A stretch of DNA of 40,759 nucleotides from Steroidobacteraceae bacterium (GTDB taxonomy: Bacteria > Pseudomonadota > Gammaproteobacteria > Steroidobacterales > Steroidobacteraceae). Below, one piece after another: positions 1 to 8,804 of the stretch (the first letter of the stretch is position 1; every line of letters starts with the position of its first letter). The stretch covers positions 1-40,759 of the forward strand of contig JBAQWM010000339.1 in the NCBI GenBank assembly GCA_049298915.1. Direction: 5' to 3'. The notes under the pieces are model-generated. The model did no database searches, was not told the DNA's origin, and was given only the letters and a program-made list of their open reading frames with translations. The translations under genes and the position numbers were made by a program.

Positions 1-24
1 GGCAATGACTGACCAGGTAGAGAG

Positions 25-480
25 ATGACCGACGAGAAGAAATCCGAAGAGAAGAAGGCCGACGACAAGAAGGCCGACGACAAGAAGGAAGCGGCCCCGG
101 CCGTCGTCAAGGCGCGCAAGAAGGCGAAGCGCCAGGTTTCCGAGGGCGTTGCGCACGTCCACGCATCGTTCAACAACACGATCGTCACGATCACCGACCG
201 GCAGGGCAATACCCTGGCCTGGGCGACCTCCGGTGGGTCCGGATTCCGCGGTTCGCGCAAGAGCACGCCATTCGCCGCGCAGGTTGCGGCCGAGAAGGCC
301 GGCATCGCTGCACAGGAGCATGGTCTTCGCACCGTCGAGGTCAAGGTGAAAGGCCCCGGCCCGGGCCGCGAATCCGCGGTCCGCGCGCTGAATGCCTGCG
401 GTCTCAAGGTGACGAGCATCGCGGACGTGACGCCGATCCCGCATAACGGCTGCCGACCGCCGAAGAAACGGCGCGTCTGA
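25..480 (+). CDS. rpsK: 30S ribosomal protein S11 with a Lys/Asp/Glu-rich N-terminal extension
   Basis: The translation contains the S11 core ([48 protein letters not shown]). The only canonical in-frame start is ATG 25, which adds [24 protein letters not shown] ahead of the usual ARKK..RQV start region. It is followed by rpsD-rpoA-rplQ, as in the alpha operon. Confidence 0.95.
   Translation: MTDEKKSEEKKADDKKADDKKEAAPAVVKARKKAKRQVSEGVAHVHASFNNTIVTITDRQGNTLAWATSGGSGFRGSRKSTPFAAQVAAEKAGIAAQEHGLRTVEVKVKGPGPGRESAVRALNACGLKVTSIADVTPIPHNGCRPPKKRRV
52..88 (+). repeat. Perfect in-frame 15-bp tandem repeat (AAGAAGGCCGACGAC x2 plus a partial third copy) inside rpsK
   Basis: Positions 52-66 and 67-81 are identical, and 82-88 repeats the first 7 nt. 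The repeat encodes [12 protein letters not shown]. Confidence 0.9.
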
Positions 481-493
481 GGTCCATAGAATC

Positions 494-1117
494 ATGGCCA
501 GATATCTCGGTCCCAAGTGCAAGCTCTCGCGCCGCGAGGGCACCGACCTGTTTCTCAAGAGCGGGGTCAAGCCGCTCGAGAGCAAGTGCAAGCTCGAAGT
601 GCCGCCGGGCGGCATCAAGGGCGACCGCCGCACGCGCCTGTCCGGTTACGGCGTGCAGTTGCGCGAGAAGCAGAAGCTGCGCCGCATGTACGGCGTGCTG
701 GAACGGCAGTTCCGCACTTACTATTCGAAGGCTGCAGGCCGCCCCGGGTCGACCGGCGAGAACCTGCTCCGATTCCTCGAATCGCGGCTCGACAATGTCG
801 TCTATCGCATGGGCTTCGCCGCGACCCGGGCGGAGGCGCGCCAGCTGGTCGGGCACAAGGCCATCGAGGTCAATGGCGAAACGGTCAATGTGCCGTCCTA
901 CCAGTGCCAGGCCGGCGACCTGATCTCGGTGCGCGAAAAATCGCGCAGCCAGGCGCGTATCGCCGCGGCGCTCGCCATCGCGACCCAGGTCGGCTTGCCC
1001 GACTGGGTCGAGGTTGATGACAAGAAGTTTGCCGGCACGCTGAAGGCGCTGCCGGAACGCGATCAGATCCTGCCCGACATCAACGAGAATCTCGTCGTCG
1101 AGCTTTACTCGAAGTAA
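494..1117 (+). CDS. rpsD: 30S ribosomal protein S4
   Basis: The N-terminus [24 protein letters not shown] is the canonical S4 start. Length is 207 aa. It sits between rpsK and rpoA. Confidence 0.96.
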   Translation: MARYLGPKCKLSRREGTDLFLKSGVKPLESKCKLEVPPGGIKGDRRTRLSGYGVQLREKQKLRRMYGVLERQFRTYYSKAAGRPGSTGENLLRFLESRLDNVVYRMGFAATRAEARQLVGHKAIEVNGETVNVPSYQCQAGDLISVREKSRSQARIAAALAIATQVGLPDWVEVDDKKFAGTLKALPERDQILPDINENLVVELYSK

Positions 1118-1129
1118 CAGGTGAAGGCA

Positions 1130-2134
1130 ATGCAAGGCTCTGCCACGGAATTTCTGAAGCCCCGCTCGGTCAAGGTCTCCGAGACCGCGACGCGGCAGGC
1201 CCGAATCGTGATCGAACCGTTCGAACGCGGCTTCGGGCACACACTCGGCAACGCGCTCAGGCGCGTGCTGCTGTCCTCGATGCCGGGCTGTGCCGTCACG
1301 GAGGTCGAGATCGACGGCGTCCTGCACGAATACACGAGCATCGAGGGTGTGCAGGAGGACGTCGTGGACGTCCTGCTGAACCTCAAGCTGGTCGCGATCG
1401 AGATGCACAGCCGCGAGTCGGTGGAGTTGCGCCTGCAGAAAAAGGGCCCAGGCCCGGTTACTGCCGGCGACATACAGGTCGACCATGACGTCGTCATAGT
1501 CAATCCCGAGCTGGTCATCGCGAATCTGAACAAGCCCATTGAACTCGGCATGACGCTGAAGATCGAACGCGGCCGCGGTTATCGCCCGGCGGTGCAGCGC
1601 CTCGAGTTCGAGGAGCAGAGCAGGCCGATCGGCCGATTGCAGCTCGACGCCTCATTCTCGCCGGTGCGGCGCGTGACCTATGCGATCGAGTCCGCGCGCG
1701 TCGAACAGCGCACCGACCTCGACAAGCTGATCATCGACATCGAAACCAATGGCACGATCAATCCGGACGAGGCCATCCGCCGGGCCGGCAGCATCCTGAA
1801 GGACCAGCTGACGGTGTTCGTCGACCTCGAGGGCCAGGGCGAGTCGCCGAATCGGGACTCGGGTCCGCTGCCGGATCCGATACTGCTGCGCCCGGTCGAC
1901 GAGCTCGAACTGACGGTCCGCAGCGCGAACTGCCTGAAAGCCGAGAATATCCATTACATCGGCGATCTGGTGCAGCGCACCGAGGTCGAGCTGCTGCGCA
2001 CGCCGAACCTCGGCAAGAAATCGCTGACCGAAATCAAGGAAGTCCTCGAGAGCCACGGTCTGACGCTCGGCATGCGCATCGAGGGCTGGCCGCCGGCCTC
2101 GCTGCGCCGCGAAGACGAATTGCGCTCGGCCTGA
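1130..2134 (+). CDS. rpoA: DNA-directed RNA polymerase alpha subunit
   Basis: [12 protein letters not shown] matches the canonical RpoA N-terminus. The ORF track starts at GTG 1121, but ATG 1130 is preceded by AGGTGAAGG and reproduces the MQGS start. The C-terminal domain ([16 protein letters not shown]) is present. Confidence 0.95.
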   Translation: MQGSATEFLKPRSVKVSETATRQARIVIEPFERGFGHTLGNALRRVLLSSMPGCAVTEVEIDGVLHEYTSIEGVQEDVVDVLLNLKLVAIEMHSRESVELRLQKKGPGPVTAGDIQVDHDVVIVNPELVIANLNKPIELGMTLKIERGRGYRPAVQRLEFEEQSRPIGRLQLDASFSPVRRVTYAIESARVEQRTDLDKLIIDIETNGTINPDEAIRRAGSILKDQLTVFVDLEGQGESPNRDSGPLPDPILLRPVDELELTVRSANCLKAENIHYIGDLVQRTEVELLRTPNLGKKSLTEIKEVLESHGLTLGMRIEGWPPASLRREDELRSA

Positions 2135-2155
2135 GCCGCGCACGGGACAACGCAG

Positions 2156-2665
2156 ATGCGACATCAACTGTCCGGCCGCCAGCTTTCGCGCAATCACGCG
2201 CACCGCAAGGCGCTGATGCGCAACATGGCGATTGCGCTGCTGCGCGAGGAAAAAATCCGCACCACGCTGCCAAAGGCCAAGGAACTGCGCCGCGTCGTCG
2301 AACCGCTGATCACCCTCGGCAAGAGCGACTCGCTGGCGGGACGCCGCCGCGCGATGTCCCTGTTGCGCGACACGACGCTGGTCGACAAGCTGTTTGACGA
2401 CATCGGGCCGCGTTTCCGCGCCCGGGCCGGCGGTTACACGCGCATCCTGAAGATGGAGCCGCGCACGGGGGATTCGGCGCCGATGGCATTCATGCAGCTG
2501 GTCGAAGCCGATGCAGTGCCGGCGACCGCGCCGCCGGAGAAGCCGGCGGCGAAGAAGGCCTCGAAAAGAGCCGCGAAGAAATCCACGCCAAAAACCGCGC
2601 GCAAGGCGGCGCCGAAGAAAAAAGCGGCTGCCAAGCCGAAGCGCCGGCGCAGTACCGCGGCCTGA
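2156..2665 (+). CDS. rplQ: 50S ribosomal protein L17 with a basic Ala/Lys/Pro-rich C-terminal tail
   Basis: The L17 signature is present ([53 protein letters not shown]). About 45 extra residues ([39 protein letters not shown]) follow the normal end of the family. Confidence 0.95.
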   Translation: MRHQLSGRQLSRNHAHRKALMRNMAIALLREEKIRTTLPKAKELRRVVEPLITLGKSDSLAGRRRAMSLLRDTTLVDKLFDDIGPRFRARAGGYTRILKMEPRTGDSAPMAFMQLVEADAVPATAPPEKPAAKKASKRAAKKSTPKTARKAAPKKKAAAKPKRRRSTAA

Positions 2666-2714
2666 AGGTCTCCAGACGAGTGGTCAGCCGATGACTGCCG
2701 CGTGACCTGGTCGT

Positions 2715-2748
2715 CGCAACGGAGCCAGGCCGGTGCGCGTTTTACTTT
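2715..2748 (+). terminator. Probable intrinsic terminator of the alpha operon
   Basis: Stem CGCAACGG (2715-2722) pairs with CCGGTGCG (2730-2737) with one mismatch, around a 7-nt loop. It is followed by CGTTTTACTTT, about 50 nt after the rplQ stop. Confidence 0.5.
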
Positions 2749-2775
2749 CGATTGCGTAGTCACAAGGGGATGACA

Positions 2776-3171
2776 ATGGGCATGCTGCAGGAATTCAAGG
2801 AATTCGCCATGAAGGGCAATGTCCTCGACATGGCGATCGGCATCATCATCGGTGCCGCTTTCGGCAAGATCGTGTCGGCGCTGGTCGCTTCGGTCCTGAT
2901 GCCGGTGATCGGCATGGCACTGGGCGGGGTGGATTTTTCGGCACTGAGCGTCGTGCTCGGCACCGATGCCAGAACCGGTGAGCCGGTCGCCCTTGCATAC
3001 GGCCTGTTCATCCAGGCGGTGGTCGACTTCCTGATCATCGCATTCGCGATCTTCATGGCGCTCAAGGGCGTCAACAAGCTGAAGAAGCCGCCCGCGCCGG
3101 CCACGCCGGCCGGTCCGCCGCGCGAGGAAGTACTGCTCGCAGAGATCCGCGACCTGCTACGACAGCGCTAG
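2776..3171 (+). CDS. mscL: Large-conductance mechanosensitive channel MscL
   Basis: [32 protein letters not shown] is the MscL N-terminal/TM1 signature. I chose ATG 2776, downstream of AAGGGGA. ATG 2752, 2770 and 2782 are alternative starts. Confidence 0.9.
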   Translation: MGMLQEFKEFAMKGNVLDMAIGIIIGAAFGKIVSALVASVLMPVIGMALGGVDFSALSVVLGTDARTGEPVALAYGLFIQAVVDFLIIAFAIFMALKGVNKLKKPPAPATPAGPPREEVLLAEIRDLLRQR

Positions 3172-3206
3172 TTGCAACAGCGCTAGTTGCGACAGCGCTG
3201 ACTGCG
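3162..3206 (+). repeat. Three tandem 15-bp units spanning the mscL stop codon
   Basis: The units are ACAGCGCTAGTTGCA, ACAGCGCTAGTTGCG and ACAGCGCTGACTGCG. In the mscL frame each unit carries a stop codon (TAG, TAG, TGA). Confidence 0.85.
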
Positions 3207-3223
3207 ATGCGGGATGACTCGCG

Positions 3224-3245
3224 GCCCGCGGCAATCCCCGCGGGC
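3224..3245. terminator. GC-rich hairpin between convergent mscL and pepQ (possible bidirectional terminator, no U-tract)
   Basis: GCCCGCGG (3224-3231) and CCGCGGGC (3238-3245) are perfect complements with a 6-nt loop. There is no T-run on either side. Confidence 0.3.
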
Positions 3246-3253
3246 AGCCAGCC

Positions 3254-4567
3254 TCAGGCGGCGGCGGCAAATGCCTCGCGCGTGAGATTGCGCGGTACGC
3301 CGGCGCCCGCGACCACATTGTCCTCGATGCGGATGCCGCCAAAGGGCTTCAGCGCCTCGACACGCTTCCAGTCGATCGTGCCGCTGCGGCGGTCGGCGGC
3401 CGCCTTTGCGAGCAGCGACTCGATGAAATAGATTCCGGGTTCGATGGTCACGACAAAACCCGCCTCCAGCTCACGCGTCAGACGCAGGTAGTCATGCCCC
3501 TTGGGCCGCGGCCGTGTGCCGCCCTGCGGGCCCGCCATGAAACCGCCGACGTCGTGGACCTGCAGCCCCAGCAGGTGACCAATGCCGTGCGGAAAGAACA
3601 CCGCGGTCACGCCATCCGCGAGCGCTGCCTCCGCAGTGCACTTGACGATGCCATGTGTTGCCAGGATGCCGGCCACCGCACGATGTGCCGCGAGGTGAAT
3701 CTCGCGATAGTCGGTACCGGGTCGCACCAGCGCGCTCAGAGCCTGCTGGGCCTCGTCCAGCGAACTGATCAGGGCCCGGAAATCGCCGTCGGCACTCGCA
3801 TGGGTCCGCGTTATGTCCGAACTGTATCCGGCGAACTGGGCGCCGGCATCGATCAGGAATGACCGCACTGCGGCTGCACGGCGCCGGTCGAGGTGCTGGT
3901 AATGAAGTACGGCTGCGTGGGTGTCGAATGCGATGATGTTGTTGTAGGGGAGCTCCTCCTCGCGGGCGCCTGCTGCCCGGCAGTAGGCCAGGTGGATCTC
4001 ATACTCGGTAGCCCCGTCATGAAAGGCGGCTGCCGCCGCAAGATGACCGCGCACGCCAATGGCCGAGGCGCGGGCCATGCACTCGATCTCGTAGGGGGTC
4101 TTGGCGGCACGGGCGTAATCGAGAATGCTGGCCAGACCGGGTGGATCGTGATCGCCGAGCCCCTCGGTGGCGGCGGACGGCTCGCCAAGCACCGCCCAAC
4201 GACCCAGGCCGCCGGCAAACTGCCGCAATTCCCCAGGGGAACGAACCACTTTGAGCTCGAATGACGGCACCCAGTAACCTTCCGGCAGGGCTGGCGGCAG
4301 GTACCAGTAGTCCTCAGGCTGGTGGAATACGAGTCCAGGCCGCTTCCCGGGACGGTAGATGACAAAGCAGTCAGGCGTGCCGTCGGGTACCCAGGAGCGG
4401 TACCTGGGGTTGGGCTTGAATGGGTAACTGTTGTCGTCCAGATACAGGTACTTGGGGCTGCCGGAGGCGATGATCAGGGCGTCATAGCCCTGCGCGGCCA
4501 GGGCCCGGTCGGCCCTCGCGCTCATCTCCCGCAGATGGTCGGCATAGAGATTTGCGGTCGCATTCAT
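3254..4567 (-). CDS. pepQ: Xaa-Pro dipeptidase (prolidase, M24 family)
   Basis: This is the last 437 codons of the 783-aa track ORF. MNATANLYADHLREM..ALIIASGS..YPFKPNPRYRSWVP resembles the PepQ N-terminal domain. The M24 catalytic region is present (HGIGHLLGLQVHD, EPGIY). GAGGA lies 7 nt upstream of ATG 4567. The upstream part of the ORF is Arg/Pro-rich and overlaps other genes. Confidence 0.88.
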   Translation of the reverse strand: MNATANLYADHLREMSARADRALAAQGYDALIIASGSPKYLYLDDNSYPFKPNPRYRSWVPDGTPDCFVIYRPGKRPGLVFHQPEDYWYLPPALPEGYWVPSFELKVVRSPGELRQFAGGLGRWAVLGEPSAATEGLGDHDPPGLASILDYARAAKTPYEIECMARASAIGVRGHLAAAAAFHDGATEYEIHLAYCRAAGAREEELPYNNIIAFDTHAAVLHYQHLDRRRAAAVRSFLIDAGAQFAGYSSDITRTHASADGDFRALISSLDEAQQALSALVRPGTDYREIHLAAHRAVAGILATHGIVKCTAEAALADGVTAVFFPHGIGHLLGLQVHDVGGFMAGPQGGTRPRPKGHDYLRLTRELEAGFVVTIEPGIYFIESLLAKAAADRRSGTIDWKRVEALKPFGGIRIEDNVVAGAGVPRNLTREAFAAAA

Positions 4568-4797
4568 CGTGCAGTCCTCGCTCGCGGGCTCCTGAAAGCG
4601 TATCCGTTCAAGTGGCCAATCGCCACGTGGCCTGGGCCGGACTTGGCGACTGTCGCAATTTGGCGACCTTTCATATGCCCCATATTGCGGATAAAATCCG
4701 GCGACGCGACGAATCAGCGATCGTTGAATACGCGCTGTTTTCGCCGCGGGCCTTGGCTTATCTACATACTCGCTAAACAAATCTGGGGTGACCGAAG

Positions 4798-5022
4798 ATG
4801 AATACAAGAATATGGGGCGCCATTGCGGTTGCCCTGGTGCTGGGCGCCTGTGGCGGCAAGCAGGAAGAAGCTGCTGCTGTCGTCGAGGAAGCTGCTCCTG
4901 CCGTTGAAGAGGCCGCTCCCGCCGCAACTGAAGTTGCGCCAGGCACGGAGTCTGCGCCGATGGATGCTGCTGCCGGCGATGCCGCAGCGCCTGCCGAAGA
5001 CACGACCGCTCCGCAGCCCTGA
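4798..5022 (+). CDS. Small acidic Ala/Glu/Pro-rich lipoprotein (orphan)
   Basis: A signal peptide with lipobox (AVALVLGA-C) is followed by a low-complexity acidic region. The tandem VEEAAPA VEEAAPA (4882-4923) differs at 5 synonymous third positions and at no replacement sites. The gene has its own downstream terminator. Confidence 0.6.
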   Translation: MNTRIWGAIAVALVLGACGGKQEEAAAVVEEAAPAVEEAAPAATEVAPGTESAPMDAAAGDAAAPAEDTTAPQP

Positions 5023-5044
5023 GACCTGAGGCTGCAGGCAAGAC

Positions 5045-5100
5045 GGCCGGGCGGACGGCGCGGCAGATCCGCGACCATCCACCCGGCCTTTCCGTTTTCA
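5045..5100 (+). terminator. Intrinsic terminator after the small lipoprotein gene
   Basis: GGCCGGGCGGA (5045-5055) pairs with TCCACCCGGCC (5078-5088) at 10 of 11 positions, with additional pairing in the loop (CGCGG..CCGCG). TTTCCGTTTTC follows. Confidence 0.55.
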
Positions 5101-5110
5101 GGTATCCGCG

Positions 5111-5632
5111 ATGCCGATCAGTATCAGGGAAGCAAAAGCCTCGAGACGGGACCGCGAGTGGATCGAGCAGGCCTATGGCGATTATCTCGCCGACCTGGCC
5201 GCCGATCACACCGGCGTATTCCCCGCGCTGACGGTAACAGGCCAGAGCGTCACCGAGCTGGTGCAGGGATGGTTCCGCGACGAACGCTCGGTGCCATTCG
5301 TGATCCTGCGCGAGAGTGAACTCGCGGGATTCGCGCTGGTGCAGCGCGAAGCGGCCGCCGATGACCGCAAACGCCATTATCGACTGAGCGAGTTTTTCGT
5401 CGGACTGAAATTCCGTCGCGCCGGGGTCGGCCGCGGCGCAGCCATGCTGCTGTTTTCGAGATTCACCGGCGAGTGGACGATCGCCGAGCAGGCCCGGAAT
5501 CCGGGCGCGATCCGCTTCTGGCGCCGGGTCATTGCCGAATATACGAATGGCGACTTCCGGGAGCGGCGCGCGCACGGCGAAGTGGCACATCAGTTCTCGA
5601 CCCATCGCGGCGCACTGGCGCCCGCGCGCTGA
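5111..5632 (+). CDS. GNAT-family N-acetyltransferase
   Basis: The acetyl-CoA binding motif A-like segment FFVGLKFRRAGVGRGAAMLLF is present. Overall length (173 aa) and layout fit small predicted acetyltransferases. The substrate is unknown. Confidence 0.7.
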   Translation: MPISIREAKASRRDREWIEQAYGDYLADLAADHTGVFPALTVTGQSVTELVQGWFRDERSVPFVILRESELAGFALVQREAAADDRKRHYRLSEFFVGLKFRRAGVGRGAAMLLFSRFTGEWTIAEQARNPGAIRFWRRVIAEYTNGDFRERRAHGEVAHQFSTHRGALAPAR

Positions 5633-5634
5633 AT

Positions 5635-5964
5635 TCAGTCCAGGACCGCGACTGCGACGCTGCGTGGGCCCGCGATCTCGAACACGAGTTCGAGTTCGAA
5701 TTTCGTGCCGGTGACCAGGGGCGCCTTTAGCCCCGTCAACATGACATGCAGGCCACCGGGCGCGAATTCGACACGCTCGCCCGGCGCGACATGCAGCACC
5801 GCGACTGCGCGCATACGTGCGATGTCATCGACGATTTCCGTGCGGTGAACGGTGGCACTGGCCGCGACGACGGTCTTCAGCTCGAGCAGGCGATCCGACC
5901 TCGCGCTGCCCGCTGCCAGCAGCAGGGCGAGGCAAAGGGTGAGCGGCGCCAGTCCCCAGTTCAT
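5635..5964 (-). CDS. Minimal PCu(A)C-like periplasmic copper chaperone (DUF461-like)
   Basis: The signal peptide is [21 protein letters not shown]. The spacing H40-X10-M51-X21-H73-V-M75 is exact, and [15 protein letters not shown] is typical of the family. The ATG overlaps the uvrA stop (ATGA), and AGGAG lies 6 nt upstream. Confidence 0.7.
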   Translation of the reverse strand: MNWGLAPLTLCLALLLAAGSARSDRLLELKTVVAASATVHRTEIVDDIARMRAVAVLHVAPGERVEFAPGGLHVMLTGLKAPLVTGTKFELELVFEIAGPRSVAVAVLD

Positions 5965-8804
5965 GCCGCACTCCTGGTGCGCTCCAGCACCTGCTTCAGG
6001 TAACGGCCGGTGTATGAGGCGGTGCTGCGGGAAATCTGCTCGGGCGTGCCTTCGGCCACGATCTGGCCGCCGCCGTCGCCGCCTTCGGGACCCAGGTCGA
6101 TGATCCAGTCTGCAGTCTTGATGACATCCAGATTGTGCTCGATGACGATCACGGTGTTGCCCTCATCGCGCAACCGGTGCAGCACCGCCAGCAGGTGCTT
6201 GACGTCCTCGAAGTGGAGGCCCGTGGTCGGCTCATCAAGGATATAAAGCGTACGGCCGGTCGAGCGCTTGGACAGCTCCTTGGCGAGCTTCACGCGCTGC
6301 GCTTCGCCGCCTGAAAGCGTGGTTGCGTTCTGCCCGAGCCGGATATAGGAGAGCCCGACGTCCAGGAGCGTCTGGAGCTTGGCTGCGATCGCCGGCACGG
6401 CCTGGAAGAATGGCCAGGCATCCTCGACCGTCAGCTCCAGGACCTCCTGGATATTCCTGCCCCGGTAGCGCACATCGAGCGTCTCGCGGTTATAGCGACG
6501 CCCCTTGCAGGAATCACAGGACACATAAATGTCCGGCAGGACATGCATCTCGACCTTGATGACGCCGTCCCCCTGGCAGGCCTCGCAGCGCCCGCCCTTC
6601 ACATTGAAGCTGAAACGCCCCGGCTTGTAGCCGCGCGAGCGGGATTCGGCGGTGCCCGCGAACAATTCGCGGATCGGCGTGAAGAGGCCGGTATAGGTGG
6701 CCGGATTCGAGCGCGGCGTACGGCCGATCGGGCTCTGGTCGATATCGATGATACGGTCGATCTCGACGATGCCATCGACGCCTGCGCAGGGCGCCGGCTG
6801 CTCGGCCGAAAGATCGAGCGCGCGGGCCGTGTGCCGGTACAACGTGTCATTCACGAGTGTTGACTTGCCGGAACCGGACACACCGGTCACGCAGGTCAAG
6901 AGCCCGATCGGGAATGCGGCGTCGATGGACTTCAGGTTGTTGCCGGCAGCCCGGCGCACGCAAAGCGCACGCCTGCCGTCGCGTGAGCGGCGCTGGTCCG
7001 GAATCGCGATGCGCCTGCGGCCCGAGAGGTACTGGCCGGTCAGCGAAACGGGGTTCGCCTCGATATCGGCGGGCGCGCCCTCGGCGATCACGCGACCGCC
7101 ATGCACGCCGGCGCCCGGGCCGAGGTCCACGACATGGTCGGCCTGCCGGATCGAATCCTCGTCGTGCTCGACGACGATGACGGTATTGCCCAGGTCGCGC
7201 AGCCGGTGCAGCGTGTCGAGCAGCCGCTGGTTGTCGCGCTGGTGCAGGCCGATCGACGGTTCATCGAGGATATACATGACACCGACCAGGCCCGAGCCGA
7301 TCTGGCTCGCCAGCCGGATGCGCTGTGATTCGCCGCCCGACAGGGTCTCCGCGCTGCGATCGAGCGTCAGGTAGTCGAGGCCGACGTCCACCAGGAAACC
7401 GAGGCGGTCGGCGATCTCCTTGATGACTTTCGCCGCGATATCCGCGCGCCAGCCTGTAAGCCGCAGGCCGCCGAAGAATTCGAGTGCGCGTCGCACCGGC
7501 AGGGCGGCGACGACGGGCAGGGCGAAGCCGCCGACGAAAACATTCCGCGCCTCGCGCGAGAGCCTTGCGCCCCCGCAGTCGGGGCATCGGCGCGTGCCGA
7601 GGTATCGTGCCAGCTCCTCGCGCACGGTCATCGATTCGGTCTCGCGGTAGCGGCGCTCGAGATTGGGCAGAATGCCCTCGAATTTGTGCTTGCGCCGCGT
7701 GATTCGTCCGCGCGAATCGAAATAACTGAATTCGACTTCCTCGCCGCCGCTGCCGCGCATCAGCACGTCATGCACCCGCGCCGGCAATCCGCTGTAGGGC
7801 GCTTCGGGATCGAAATGGTAGTGGTCGGCGAGCGCCTGGACCATCTGGTAGTAATAAGCGTTGCGCCGGTCCCAGCCGCGCACCGCGCCGCCGGCGAGCG
7901 AGAGTTGCGGTTGCGCCACGACCCGCTCGGGATCGAAGAATTGCTTCACGCCCAGGCCGTCGCAACCGGGACAGGCGCCGGCCGGATTGTTGAAGGAGAA
8001 CAGGCGCGGTTCCAGTTCCGACAGCGAATAACCACAGATGTTGCAGGCGAATTTGTCCGAGAACACGAGCTCATCGCGTCTGGGTTCCTCGAGAAAGGTG
8101 ATGCGGGCGACACCCTCGCCGATCCTCAATGCGGTCTCGAATGATTCTGCCAGCCGCTGCTGCAGGTCGGCGCGCACCTTGAAGCGGTCGACCACGGCAT
8201 CGATCGAATGCTTGCGCTTGGGATCGAGCCTGAGCTTCTGGTCGAGTTCAACCAGCTTGCCGTCAACGCGGGCACGTACGAAACCCTTGCCTCGCAATTC
8301 ATCGAGGACCTGCTGGTGTTCGCCCTTGCGCCCCGCGATGACTGGCGCGAGCAGACCGAGCGGCGTGCCCTCGGCCAGTGCCAGCACCTGGTCCACCATG
8401 TCGCTCACCGTCTGCGCCGAGAGGTCGAGCCCGTGATCGGGGCAGCGCGGGATGCCGGCGCGGGCGTACAGCAGTCGCAGGTAATCGTAGATCTCGGTGA
8501 CGGTTCCAACCGTTGAGCGCGGATTGTGCGAGGTCGATTTCTGCTCGATGGAGATCGCCGGCGACAGGCCCTCGATCGAATCGACGTCCGGCTTCTCCAT
8601 CATGGACAGGAACTGCCGCGCGTAGGCTGACAGCGATTCCACGTAGCGGCGCTGTCCCTCGGCATAGATGGTGTCGAAGGCGAGCGACGACTTGCCGGAT
8701 CCCGAAAGTCCCGTGAACACGATCAGCCGGTCGCGCGGAAGATCGAGGTCGATGCCCCGCAGATTGTGCGTGCGCGCGCCGCGGATCTGGATGCTGCTCG
8801 TCAT
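5961..8804 (-). CDS. uvrA: Excinuclease ABC subunit A
   Basis: Length is 947 aa. There are two ABC ATPase modules (GLSGSGKSS and GVSGSGKST Walker A, two LSGGE signatures). Zinc-finger Cys clusters are present (CNICGYS..CPGCDG and [14 protein letters not shown]). Confidence 0.97.
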   Translation of the reverse strand: MTSSIQIRGARTHNLRGIDLDLPRDRLIVFTGLSGSGKSSLAFDTIYAEGQRRYVESLSAYARQFLSMMEKPDVDSIEGLSPAISIEQKSTSHNPRSTVGTVTEIYDYLRLLYARAGIPRCPDHGLDLSAQTVSDMVDQVLALAEGTPLGLLAPVIAGRKGEHQQVLDELRGKGFVRARVDGKLVELDQKLRLDPKRKHSIDAVVDRFKVRADLQQRLAESFETALRIGEGVARITFLEEPRRDELVFSDKFACNICGYSLSELEPRLFSFNNPAGACPGCDGLGVKQFFDPERVVAQPQLSLAGGAVRGWDRRNAYYYQMVQALADHYHFDPEAPYSGLPARVHDVLMRGSGGEEVEFSYFDSRGRITRRKHKFEGILPNLERRYRETESMTVREELARYLGTRRCPDCGGARLSREARNVFVGGFALPVVAALPVRRALEFFGGLRLTGWRADIAAKVIKEIADRLGFLVDVGLDYLTLDRSAETLSGGESQRIRLASQIGSGLVGVMYILDEPSIGLHQRDNQRLLDTLHRLRDLGNTVIVVEHDEDSIRQADHVVDLGPGAGVHGGRVIAEGAPADIEANPVSLTGQYLSGRRRIAIPDQRRSRDGRRALCVRRAAGNNLKSIDAAFPIGLLTCVTGVSGSGKSTLVNDTLYRHTARALDLSAEQPAPCAGVDGIVEIDRIIDIDQSPIGRTPRSNPATYTGLFTPIRELFAGTAESRSRGYKPGRFSFNVKGGRCEACQGDGVIKVEMHVLPDIYVSCDSCKGRRYNRETLDVRYRGRNIQEVLELTVEDAWPFFQAVPAIAAKLQTLLDVGLSYIRLGQNATTLSGGEAQRVKLAKELSKRSTGRTLYILDEPTTGLHFEDVKHLLAVLHRLRDEGNTVIVIEHNLDVIKTADWIIDLGPEGGDGGGQIVAEGTPEQISRSTASYTGRYLKQVLERTRSAA

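Noticed and set aside
404-1486. Long antisense or alternative-frame ORFs throughout the window. Examples: 404-1486(-), 6697-7374(+), 12553-13464(-), 16238-17209(-), 17248-18381(-), 20213-21946(-), 21756-23114(-), 23322-24245(+), 25229-26836(-), 27994-29688(-), 35515-36792(+).
   Set aside because: Each lies opposite or out of frame to a gene with an unmistakable family signature. Their translations are Arg/Ala/Pro/Gly-rich with no recognisable motifs. Stop-free antisense frames are expected in DNA this GC-rich.
4552-4776. 74-aa ORF (or its 33-aa internal version from ATG 4675) in the pepQ/lipoprotein spacer.
   Set aside because: Third-codon positions are only about half G/C, unlike real genes here. 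There is no ribosome-binding site and no recognisable motif. The region is better explained as a promoter/operator spacer.
4568-5605. 5' extensions of track ORFs: 3254-5605, 10606-12345, 23843-25369, 27397-29040, 33632-35194, 35107-35430, 37232-37852, 16370-17311.
   Set aside because: The homologous protein begins at an internal Met with a plausible ribosome-binding site or a start/stop overlap. The upstream parts overlap neighbouring genes and are low-complexity Arg/Pro-rich sequence.
5630-5637. Palindromes at abutting stop codons (TGAATTCA, TGATCA, CTAG), considered as possible protein-binding or restriction-related sites.
   Set aside because: A stop codon next to the reverse complement of the same stop codon is palindromic by construction. 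No extra symmetry extends beyond the codons.
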